From Octopus bimaculoides (Eukaryota), in assembly GCF_001194135.2 (NCBI RefSeq), contig NC_068983.1, forward strand, positions 69,851,015-69,915,014: DNA of 64,000 bases, in the 5' to 3' direction. Shown here piece by piece: positions 12,465 through 23,361 of this stretch. The position numbers were made by a program, and so were the translations under genes. Below the pieces are notes generated by a model. That model saw only the letters and a list, made by a program, of their open reading frames with translations, did not search any database and was not told where the DNA came from. Positions within the stretch are counted from its first letter, which is position 1. The number at the start of each line of letters is the position of its first letter.

Positions 12465-13810
12465 AAATTCTCTCTGTTATATAGACTATGGTCAGTAATG
12501 TAAGTCAAACCCTAAACAAAGGACTGACCTTTCCTTGACCAGCACAGGTCCTAGGGGGTCGAGTGTTTCCTCATCAATCATCTGGTGTGGAGAGGATTTC
12601 CCGTTCGTTTTGACAAGCAACAAGCAGGTAGATTTGGTTTCAAATCTCAGGCAGAGTCAAACTAGTTCCCTACACTACACTCCTGCTAGAGAGTTTCTAA
12701 CGAACAATCTAGAGGGAAAATGCATTTTAGGACAAGGTGAAAATAACATTCAATTGTGAAAAGTATTTTCTTGTTGGTGAATGTGATGCAAGGCTGAGAA
12801 AAATGGTGCATATCAGGAGAGAGAATCTTGAGAAGGTATACGGGACAGGTATCTATTCGTGTGAGACCGAATAGTGGTGTCGCTTTGCTTGCGAAGAATG
12901 CAGAATATGCTAGTCGGTGCGCGACTGAGGCAGAGTGAATGAGTGTGCGCATGAGTGCAGAATGTGCCAGAATGAGGCATTGAGTGAGCGTGCAAGTGTG
13001 TATAGATGAGTGCGAAAGAAAGTCCTGCAGCTGTGGAATATGCTGAGGCGAGTGAGTGTGTGCATTCTCTATCTATGATATCAGCAAAAGTTTTCTAGCA
13101 GGATTGCATTTTGCGTGAAAATGCCTCGAAAGGGGTGCAGAAGTGAATTGTGTCTGGCGTTGTTGTCGCGGGCATTTGCTAAGATTAGCCCGAACGACGA
13201 CAATGTGGCATGCTGGCGCGTTGCGTTGGACAAACAATTTTCTCTATTAACTTCGTGACCAACCTGGGGTCGAACAGAGACAACTTGTGTCTGACAAAAA
13301 CGCAGAGAGCATGAGTTGACATCCGACGTACACAGAGTCGGGAAAAAGAGGTGAGTGGGCACAGACATGATGAGAACAACTCTAAAGGTATAATATTGTG
13401 GTGCAGGTGTAGAAAGAAATTGCAGACATTCAAAAGGAGAACCTGTAGTAGAAGCCATGCAATAAAAACAGGTGAGCAATGCGTGTGCATGAAATGTGCA
13501 ATGCCAATGGCCAACGAGAAAAAAATATATAGAACATTCAAAAACATATGCATATGAATTCAGTTGTTTTAGTGAAACGGGTTGTCGCAAAAATAAAATC
13601 GTTGCGGAATTGAGTGTTACGTGTAAAGGTGTGCAGTGGGAAAAAAAAAAGAATGAAATATGCAAAAATGACAAACTTGGAAAATTTAACCTCAGAACAA
13701 AAAATTGTCTTTATTTTCCAAATGCAATTAAGCTGGTGAAGCAGAGGCAATCGTGTATTAGAACGTCGGGAAGGATACGCGGCAACGGCTGTTAGATGAA
13801 GGCTGTAGAT

Positions 13811-14810
13811 CAGGGGTTCCCAAACTTTTTTTTTCGCTGTGGACCACCAAAATAAGTGACTTTTTCTTGCGGACCACCTCAAATTTTAAATTTATCATAA
13901 AAGAATTGCTACTCATAAATATTAGTATAATTTTCACTTTGCAATGAAAATTTCTTTTTCGTTCTTGTAAGGGACACCACAGAGAACAAATAACAAAACC
14001 AATTTGCAAATGCACATGATTCTCAAGAAAGCTTTATTTGACAAAATCGAGTAGAAAAGGTTACTGAGTCGTGGAAAACACCCCCTTTTATTCAGAAAAA
14101 AAAAGCTGTACAGTTAAAATATAGTGTGAAGGGTAAATTCAAAAATTGCGAGGAGTGAAGTTGGGATCAGTACAAAAGGTTATGTAAACGTTTGAAGGAA
14201 TATAACAAATTGAATTAACTTTAAAATGTCAACGACAAGTCGTCGAGAAAAACGTCAATAAACCTTCAGTGAGACCCTTGGACTTGCTTTTTATCCACAA
14301 GCTGAGAAATCCTTGACTCAAGCGAATTCTCAAATCAGCATTGTTGTTGAGGTTCAAACGCCTCCGCTGCTTCGTGAACGAGTGGAGGATAAGGGAAAAT
14401 CCCTTTTCAGCCAAGTAGGATGTCGGGAGATTTATAATAAAAGGCTCGACTTGTTCAAACAGCTTTGGATATTCGTGAGAATGATTCAACCAAGCCTCGA
14501 CCCAATTGTTTTCAGACGATTTGTGCAGATTATCATCTGAACGCATTCTGGTTGAACAAGTATATCGTTTATAGACATTGTGTGAAGAGAGTTCACCAAA
14601 ATTGGGATACATAAAGCCAAATGATCTTCAAAACAAATAGTGACGGATAGATGCCCGATTATATATTTGTGCAAGTCGTTATCTACCACAACAGTTTTTA
14701 AGTTCGTGAACTGCAGAAAGTTATGATCTTCAATTTGAAGTTTCCAAAGAACGAGTTTATTCACAAACACCCTTATCAAGTGTTTGGCTCGTACAATGTT
14801 GATGTTTTGC
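13811..14810 (-). mobile_element. hAT transposon (Buster/ZBED8/SCAND3-like) 3' part: transposase pseudogene C-terminus plus terminal repeat
   Basis: TIR CAGGGGTTCCCAAAC at 13811 preceded by ctgtagat (NTCTAGAN-like target). Translations YPKLFEQVEPFIINLPTSYLAEKGFSLILHSFTKQRRRLNLNNNADLRIRL and FVNKLVLWKLQIEDHNFLQFTNL match the hAT dimerization region. Confidence 0.85.
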
Positions 14811-14811
14811 T

Positions 14812-14908
14812 TTCTAGCGACCGAGGAAAGTGTTGTTCTTGGTCATGGCTGACGCAAAAGAGCGTGTTGCTCCTTGGTCACAGCTGACACTTAAGAGGAA
14901 GAGATAGG
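14812..14908. repeat. ~97-bp direct repeat, copy 2; abuts the break in the hAT remnant
   Basis: Alignment to 12368-12464. Confidence 0.9.
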
Positions 14909-15507
14909 TCTAGTTTAACATTCGTTTATTTTTGTCATTGAGCATTGAGATGGTTGTGAGGTGTGCTAAAAATAACAGCTAAATAAGATATTTTGGATAA
15001 ATCTTTTAAATTAAAGTTTATTTGCAAACATCTCGCTCAGAGATTTAAAACTAACTGTTTATCTCTTTTAAATTAACATAAATGTTTATTTACATGAAAG
15101 AAAATTACCGGAGAACTTTCATCTAATTCTTCTAAATCTTTCTCTTAAAAATTGTAATGTGTTTATCGCATTTGCATTAAAAACTGGTGGTTGTAAGGTG
15201 TGCTAAAAACTACGGCTAAATAAGATTTATTTACATGAAATAAAATTACCGGAGACATAACAAGTTTACAAATATTCTTTTCTACTCAAGGCATAAGGCC
15301 CGAATTTATAGGGGAGGGGACCAGTCGATTAGATCGATCTTAGTACTTAAATTATCGACTCCGAAAGGATGAAACGACATGTCAACATCGGCGGAGTGTT
15401 ATTTTCAAGATATTGGCAAGTGTATTTATAAAACCTTCAAGCAATTTCCGTACTTTCATATTCATCCAAAAACATTATCTTTGATTGCTGTAGTAATTCA
15501 AACCTAC

Positions 15508-15597
15508 CGCTAACAAGCATATGTGTTCAGTATCGATGATATTGGCATCAGAATGAGAGCATAATACAAGATTCGCATGGTAATCAGAGGTCGCCAT
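15508..15597 (-). CDS. Probable first coding exon of an unidentified host gene (MATSDYHANLVLCSHSDANIIDTEHICLLA)
   Basis: AAAATGGCG start context, 90 bp open frame, phase-0 donor GCG|GTAGGT, promoter motifs immediately upstream. Downstream exons were not identified. Confidence 0.45.
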
Positions 15598-15715
15598 TTT
15601 AAATGCCAACATTTGTTAAATTGACAAGGTGCAGGGGAGCTCTGATTGGCTGCATGCAAATTGGTACTTTACTGGGGTCCGGAACTCTCGTGGGAAAAAT
15701 TTTTCGCGGGCGAGC
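15598..15715 (-). promoter_or_regulatory. Proximal promoter for the 15597 exon
   Basis: Two CCAAT boxes (GATTGG and ATTGG on +), octamer ATGCAAAT, TTCCGGA, and E2F-like TTTCGCGG. The last overlaps probable SINE-derived sequence. Confidence 0.5.
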
Positions 15716-15769
15716 AAATACCAGGCATTTTGCTTGTCTTTATGTTCTGAGTCCGGATCTTTCTGAATT

Positions 15770-16420
15770 GACGGGCACTACTTTTCATTTGTTTTGTGTA
15801 GTGTTTTTGGTACCGATACACTTTCAAACTTCGTAAACTTGTATATTTTGTGTTATAGAACAGATAAAAAGTTATTTCATGTAAAAAATTGTCTTATTTC
15901 GGTAATTTCAACCAATCACTGACGTCTATTGAGGTGAAAACAATTACTGCTATGAATTGTGAACACCACACGTTGTGCGGTGTAATGGGATCTTTTCCCT
16001 TGAATAAAATTAGCGCCGTTGTTTGTCAACAACAACTATCAGCGGTACTGTTATTTATAACATCGTTCGTGCGTTTGTACTGGTACTCATAACCCTAAAA
16101 CCCTAACCCTAACTCGAAAACCCGAACCCTAACCCTAAAATCCTAAACCCTTACTAGGGAATAACGATATAATTACCAGGGAATAACGTTCTTGACACCG
16201 GCAAAAATTATTGTTTACAAAAACAGCAGTAACTGTATTCAGCTGAATAGACGTCAGTGATTGGTTGAAATTACAGAAATACGACAACTTTAACATGAAA
16301 TAACTTGCAATATAGAAATTTTTGTTAAGAAGGCTAGGAGAAAAAGATGTTTTATGTGACACACTCTACCAGTATCCCAAGCTTGAAAGTGTTTCGTTTA
16401 GAAAACAAGTGGTGCCCGTC
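15770..16420. mobile_element. Foldback/MITE with ~200-bp imperfect inverted arms and a degenerate (CCCTAA)n core, inserted in a family A SINE
   Basis: Ends GACGGGCAC...GTGCCCGTC. Best-matching arm segments are 15869-15965 and 16212-16306. Telomere-like repeats at 16091-16150. The SINE is split between ttctgagt (left) and caaattccgccgagg (right). Confidence 0.8.
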
Positions 16421-16559
16421 CAAATTCCGCCGAGGCCGATTTTGTCTTCCATCTTTTCGAGATCGATAGAATAAGTACCAGTTGAGCACTGGAGCCGATG
16501 TAATCGACCTACCCACCCCTTGTACTAAAAGTTGAAATCAAATGTTAGTAAACAGAAGT

Positions 16560-16795
16560 AGGCGGCGAATTGGCCGAATCGTTAGAGAGCTGACTGAGTC
16601 GTTAGAAACAAAATGTTTAGCCGCGTTAGTTCCGGCTTTTTACGTTCTTACTTCAAATCCCAACGAAATTAACTTTGTCTTTTCTAGTGTGTAACATGAA
16701 GTACCACTTAAGTACTGGGGTTGTAACTGACTACCATTCTCCGCCAACATCATCATCACTTGCAAATTTCAGGCCTTGTGCCTATAGTAGACAGG
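16560..16795 (+). mobile_element. Family A SINE, CpG-retaining
   Basis: ggcggcgaattggccgaatcgttag...tttcaggccttgtgcc. Confidence 0.75.
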
Positions 16796-17292
16796 ATATT
16801 AGGAGTCAAAATGTTTTCATTTTTTTCCTGCTATATTTCTGAAATGATTAATGTGTTAGTAATCTTTTAATGGCAATTAACTAGTTGACAGCATTCTTTT
16901 GTAATATATTTACTTTTGTTGAATCATGCTCAGAGGGCTACGATTTCTAAGAGTAAATGGGGGGAGCTTCTACATAGTCACTTGTCATAATTCGTTGTTG
17001 AATTCCTTTTACACCTAATCTAGTCGATGAAAAACAATAACAACGTAAATAAATACTTGTTATCTATTCTCTATCTAAAGTTATAAAATTAGCTTCTACT
17101 CACAGCGTACGAATAGATTTTGTGCATAAACATTCATCATTTTGAATAAGTTAGAATGTTAGTGAGGGGAAATAACTATATGAGTTATTGCCCCTCCATT
17201 TTGACACTGATACAAGAAAATAAATAATTTGTGGTTAGACATTTTAAAACAAATTTTAGTATGAATTCTTTTGTGCTAATATGAATTTTCAA

Positions 17293-17464
17293 CTAAAATA
17301 CAAATAAATCAAGATCATTGATACTTGGTTACAGTCCATTTTCTTCAGTTATGCCACTAATTGCCTTTTGGCTTCCCAACCACATGATTCTGAGGTCAGT
17401 TCCACTGCGTGGTACCTTGGGTAAGTGTCTTCTACAATAGTCACAGGCTGATATATGTACATAC

Positions 17465-17519
<55 letters not shown>

Positions 17520-17938
17520 ATTATTAGGGACAAAATCCAAAATTACAGGTAAAAAACTCAATTAAAATCAATTTATAAAAAATTAAAATTGGTTATTTTC
17601 CCTAAAACTATATATATTATATATATATATATATAAGTATTTTTCTATGTATGTATCTATCAAAGTGTGTGACTTTGTATTTGTCCCACACTTCCATTTG
17701 ACAACTGGTGTTTATTTGTTTATGTCTCCATAACTTCAGCAAAAGAAATCGATAGAATAAGAACCAGGATTTTAAAAAATAAGCTAAAATACAAATAAAT
17801 AAAGATTATTGATACTTGGTTATAGTCCGTTTTCTTCAGTTACGACACTAATTACCTTTTGGCTTCCCATCCACATGATTCTGAGGTCAGTCCCACTGCG
17901 TGGTACCTTGGGTACGTGTCTTCTACAATAGCCATAGG
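17293..17938. repeat. Local ~155-bp direct duplication (17293-17447, 17784-17938) including unique flank plus family B SINE head
   Basis: Direct alignment of ctaaaatacaaataaat...ttctacaatag. Confidence 0.85.
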
Positions 17939-18740
17939 TTACAGTCGAGTGCCTGAAGCAAGAAAAAGATGAAAGATAAAGACCCTAAATCTCTTTCATG
18001 TCTACATAAATCAGAATCTTTTTATCTGAGTCTAAAACAAATAGAACCTGTCTGAATCAAAAGGAAACCGTTAAACTAGTTATTGTGTGGATGGGTTCGT
18101 ATTTCGGGCATTGGTATGAATCCTTGGAAGCAGTTCATATCTAACTACGATAATTTGGTTAGCAAGTAGAATAAAGTAAAAATACATCCTGTAAACAAAT
18201 CAAATCTTGTAACAAATCTTCGCAGAAGTATGTATCTAAACTCCTTTGTAGCTAGGAAGCTGGAACAATCTTTGTCCCATCTTGCATGCACAGGATTTTG
18301 AGAGAAATACACATGCAAAGATGTGTTGAAGAAATCATCATGTTTAACAAAAGGGAAAAACACATATTTTGATAGGTGTATTTTTAAAAATGTAATCCAT
18401 GACCAACTTTTCTTTTTCTTATGTGCAAGGAACCCAGCACTATATTAAACAACATGTCTGTTTTTATAATGGCATGGTGCAATTTGAAGGCGATTTGGTC
18501 CTCTCTCTCTTATATAGATATTTATGTAGTCAAATTGAATCAACGAACATTAAAAATAACAATAGCAAAGAACAAGAGGATGTGCACATAAAATGTATAA
18601 GCTTGACACTCAGTAAAAAGAGCGAGTTTTTGATGTTTCAAGCATAAATCTTTGTTGGAAAGGAAAATAGATAAGTCCAAAGAAGGTAAAAAAAAAAAAA
18701 AATCATCAAACAGCACTTGTGTAGTTACATTGCTGAAGTG

Positions 18741-18807
18741 ACCGGAAGTGGAAAAAATAGAGAAAGTGTTTTTTGGAGACAGGAAAGTGTAAAGATGGCC
18801 AGTGTGT

Positions 18808-18846
<39 letters not shown>

Positions 18847-18869
18847 TTTGTGTTAGTGTTTAGGTGAGT
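18741..18869 (+). promoter_or_regulatory. ETS-type promoter and candidate first exon
   Basis: ACCGGAAGTG (18741), AAGATGGCC, (AGT)12, strong donor TAG|GTGAGT at 18864, local CpG retention. Confidence 0.4.
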
Positions 18870-19046
18870 GATGTATGTATAATGATGTGAGTCAACGAGC
18901 AGGTTAGTGACTGGTGTTTGATTCAGTTGTAAAGACCGTGCGGTCAGGAGAGGTGACGAGGAATGGCTCCTTTAGTACATCGCACGGTCGATACAAATAA
19001 AAATATGAAAAGAGGATAAATGAGTATAAATGCCAGAAGGAAAAAG

Positions 19047-19905
19047 TGAGACATAACCGGTAGAAGGTTTAAGAGAAGATTTTATTGATATGTGTGTCTG
19101 TGTGTGTGAGTGCGACATATAAACATAATAATAGACAGGCTGTCATGTAAATAAAGTGTATGTGTATACAAACATGGATGTATGTGTGTGCAATAAGTAC
19201 AGAGCATAGAGAGTCTATAAGGACGTTGAGAGAAAGTCCAGACACAAGGATGGTAAATACCAGTTCGTAGTCAAGGTACACAGTAGCTGAGGTGCTGTAA
19301 CAAGAAGTTGAGGCCGCATAGCAGAGCCAGGGAAAGGCACTTGTCGTGAGAGGTTGTGGCTTCAATGCTGCTGCCGGTTACTTGGTACAGGAGTTCTCAC
19401 AGGTTGTATTCGCTGTTAACCATGGTGAAGTAATTCACAAACAGTGTTGAGATAGAACCTGTGCGATTGCTGTTGGTTGCTATGTATGTAGAGAAGTTGG
19501 TGTTGATGCTAAGAAGCTGGAGGCGATGAAGATGGAGTCTCCTGAATCCTGGACGATGTGTTGAGTCTCCATGTGACTGTTGTTGTCATTGCTTGAACTG
19601 GCTGTGTGCTCTGTAGTCAGTGTCTAGACCTCAGAAGGTCTGGAGCTGAGAAGACTGACAAACTGTGTCGGTGAGAGGCTAGCTATTTATAACATCCTGT
19701 CGGCTCACACTGGGGTTCAGAAAAAACTGTCTCATGCAACCTTATCTGAAGGCTGTGATTGGTTGGGTTGCATCTTGATGTGCAATAGAACAAGAGACAA
19801 ACTTCACCAATACCAACCAATCAGAGTGGTGGACACAACAGGGTCCAAAAGTGCGACCGAAGGCTAGCTGTTATCCACTACGTCCGTATCCATGTATATA
19901 TAACA
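19047..19905 (-). mobile_element. Solo-LTR-like element
   Basis: On the minus strand: starts TGTTATA, CCAAT boxes, TATAAATAG (~19685), AATAAA (~19085), ends ..TCTCA. No TSD found. Confidence 0.35.
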
Positions 19906-20988
19906 GAGAGAGAGAGAGAGAGAGAGAAGCATCCCTTAAGGTATACGCTACACAGTCAAGAGAGGTAAAAAGTGTGTGAGTGTGGCTGTGTGTGTATGTA
20001 TGTGTTTGCGTGTATGCATATGATGGAGTGGGAATGTGTCTGTGTATGTGCATATGAGTGTGTGAGGTCCTGTGTGTGGATATATGTGAGTGTGTGTGTA
20101 TGCCTGAGTGTGTGTGTGTGAGAGAGAGAGAGAGAGACAGAGAAAGAAAGAAAGAGAGGGGCGGGGGTGAGGTGATATGTATGTGTGTATGTTGACAGAG
20201 AAGGAATTCCAACCATATTTCATGGTTTGCTACCTCAACAGCTCCTCTATAGGATCAGAGCTGTTGAGGTAGGGAACCACAAAATGTAGTTGGAATTACT
20301 TCCTTGTTTCAAGATTTATTACCTTTGTCAAACATTGTACAGAGTATGTTATATGAGAGCAAGTAGAAGGAAGTGAGGGCACATCTCAGGGAACAAAGCA
20401 ACAGAGTTCCAAGTAGGGTCTTAGGTTGCTTTGCTAAATAGTTCATGTCACTAACTCTTTATAAACAGGTAAAACTTCTTGAAGCTTCAGAAATGCAATT
20501 ACATGGGAATTCTTATATGACTTTTCTTTAATGTCACTACTGTTAATTACCATGAAATTAAGGTGTTGAGCTAGCAGAGTTACTAGCATACCAGGCAAAA
20601 TGCTTAGTGGTATTTTATCTGTCTTTCCATTCTGAGCTCAAATTCTGCCAAGGTTGAATTTTCCTTTTTGGGCCGATAGAATAAGTTGAACACTGGAGTT
20701 AATGGTTATTGTATGGTAAAATTTATGTGGGTGTACATGTCTTTTATGGCAAGATAATTAGGTTCAAGGTGCTGGTCATACCTAATAATATAATTTGACT
20801 GCAGTTTTTAACTGGAAATCTCAGTGAGGTGGTTCTAACTGAGACAAAGAGCTGCTGCAAAACAAATAAAAGCAATGATTAAATATTTAAAACAATGGGG
20901 TGGCTATGGCTGGAATGACTTATGAACTGGATTTCTGTCAACAGGGTTGACCTGAGGTTATAAGACAACATCAACAGCAACAATAATA

Positions 20989-21710
20989 CAGGGTCTGCCA
21001 AAAGTAACTATATATTTTTATTTCAACATGATAAATGTAACATAGAAGAAATAAGCTACTACAATACAGAAAGTAACACAGGATACACTAAAGTTTGTTG
21101 CAACATAAAACGTGATGTTTATTAAAGCACCGTGTGCTCTCCGTGGAGCTCAATACATTTTGCTAATCTTTCAGGGTCTGAGCAGCATACTTTGGTGCAC
21201 AACTCCAACGACACTTGAGCAATGGCAGCTCAAATTTGTTCTTTAAGTTCAGCAATGTTGCGGGGCTTTGTTGAGTAGACTTTCTCTTTGAGAACGCCCC
21301 ACAGGAAAAAGTCGGGTGGGGTCAAATCCGGTGAACAAGACGTCCACTCAAGCGGTCCTCACCTGCCAATCCATTGACAGGGCAGGTTGGCATCCAGCCA
21401 GTCTCGCACAAGCATAGCATAATGGGCCGGTGCCCTGTCCTGCTGAAAGTACAGACCCTCTGCTCCATCCTGCTGTTGTAATAACGGCAAAAGCAGCTTC
21501 TGTAGCATAGCCATTTCAAAACCGCAATCATTTGCTCATTTGTTAATCAGGTGGACATAATCAATATAACAGTATATCTGAAATAGGAGGGGAGGGGGAA
21601 TAAAAATATACGATTTCAGCTTTCAAATGACATATGAAATGGAAAAATTGAATAAGTATCAACAAAGTTACAAGCAAAAGAAAATATATAGTTACTTATG
21701 GCGGACCCTG
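20989..21710 (-). mobile_element. Internally deleted Tc1/mariner element (DD37D maT/rosa-like)
   Basis: TA-flanked TIRs CAGGGTCTGCCAAAAGTAAC / GTTACTTATGGCGGACCCTG. Minus-strand QQDRAPAHYAMLVRDWLDANLPCQWIGR*GPLEWTSCSPDLTPPDFFLWGVLKEKVY. Confidence 0.9.
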
Positions 21711-22544
21711 TAGTTTCTAACATAAGTACAAGGTTTGAAATTTGATGAGAGAAGTTAGTTGATTAGATCAACCTGTGTATTTCGCTGATATTTCATTTCT
21801 TTGATGCCAGAAAAGTTGAAGGCAAAGTTGACTTTTGTTAGATTTGAACTCTAAATGTAAAGAGATGGAACAAATACTACAAAACGATTCATCTGATATT
21901 CCATCATTTCTGGCCATTGATTAACAATAAAGAAGCTAGAACTAAAATCAAATCAGTTGATGTTACAAGTGTTTTATTTTTCATTTCTTTTTATTAAGTA
22001 AGCATTATATGGTGCTAAAATCAAATGGGTTTACCTTAAAACCATGGAGCATTGGAAAGGTAAAAGCCCTTTCACAGGCAACTTTAGCAATAAAACAATA
22101 AAACAATAACTTGACACTTTTAAAGAACGATCTAGAAGGGATCATCACCACCACCACTACAACCACTATCATCATAATGTGCCTTGGCATGGTTTCTGTG
22201 ATTGAAAGCCCTTCCTAAACAACCTATGTATAGATATAAAGTTGAAATGACAAGCAAAAACCTCTGAAATAGACCATTGTAGATCTTACTGACCCGAGCA
22301 CACTGATGAATTTTCATTGAGTTATGGCTACAGAGCAAGGGGCAAACCTGGTCAGATTGTATATGTTGTTGCTATTGTTTTTGTATTGCCCCAAGTCAAC
22401 TCTAGTTGATCAGATTTATGATCATCACAAACATCCCAGTCATAAGTGACCCATCAATTTTATGCATAATGTAATGTAAAACTAAATCAATTGATTTGTT
22501 CTTTTTTTTTCCTTCAAAGTCAATGAAGTGTCAAATGAAAGATA

Positions 22545-22919
22545 ATCGGCTCTCCGTCGCTTATGACGTCGAGGGTTCCAGTTGATCCGATCAACGGAAC
22601 AGCCTGCTCGTGAAATTAACATGCAAGAGGCTGAGCACTCCACAGACACGTGTACCCTTAATGTAGTTCTCGGGGATATTCAGCGTGACACAGTGTGACA
22701 AGGCTGACCCTTTGAATTACAGGCACAACAGAAACAGAAAGTAAGAGAAAGTTGTGGTGAAAAAGTACAGCAGGGTTCGCCACCATCCCCTGCCAGAGCC
22801 TCGTGGAGCTTTAGATGTTTTCGCTCAATAAACACTTACAACGCCTGGTCTGGGAATTGAAACCGCGATCCTATGACCCCGAGTCCACTGCCCTAACCAC
22901 TGGGCCATTGCGCCTCCAC
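22545..22919 (-). mobile_element. Young tRNA-derived SINE, family C, full length
   Basis: A-box TGGCCCAGTGG and B-box-like head; 13-bp TSD CAAATGAAAGATA (22532-22544, 22920-22932). Confidence 0.9.
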
Positions 22920-23361
22920 CAAATGAAAGATATTTAGTTGCTATTTCTAACAGGCAAATAACCATGTAAAAAGAGAGTAGTAGAATGGATGGTGAATCAT
23001 TGGTAAGTTTATTCCTTGGCTTGGTTTTTATTTTTACAGCGTCTCCATCTCTCTAACAGTAGTTGGATGAGAGATGAATGTTACAGAATCCAGGTCTGGG
23101 TAAGAGCTGATACAGAGTAAAGGGGAAACTTTAGTCATGTTGCAGACTAACATCTCTTGTGGCATTGGCACAATAAAATGCAATAGGTTTATGCTGTAAG
23201 GCGGGGTGGGGAGGGGGAGCTGTTCAAGACCTTTCCGACTCTTGCAAGCTTAAAAAAAAAAACTGATGATGATGATAATGATGATGATGATGATGGTGGT
23301 GGCAGTGGTGGCAGCGGAGGTGCCAGAAGTGGTGGTAGTGATGATGATGATGGCAACGACA

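Noticed and set aside
13081-13674. 197-aa minus-strand ORF and overlapping ORFs
   Set aside because: No recognisable motifs; several overlapping frames are open because of locally higher GC. Likely an unclassified repeat.
16091-16150. Telomere or telomerase-RNA template signal
   Set aside because: Short, degenerate and internal to a foldback element; not a chromosome end, and no support for a telomerase RNA.
22860-22919. tRNA-like sequences (also at 28920-28980, 33915-33975, 54235-54295, 62085-62149)
   Set aside because: These are SINE heads with A/B boxes, continuous with SINE bodies and TSDs, and lack a complete cloverleaf.
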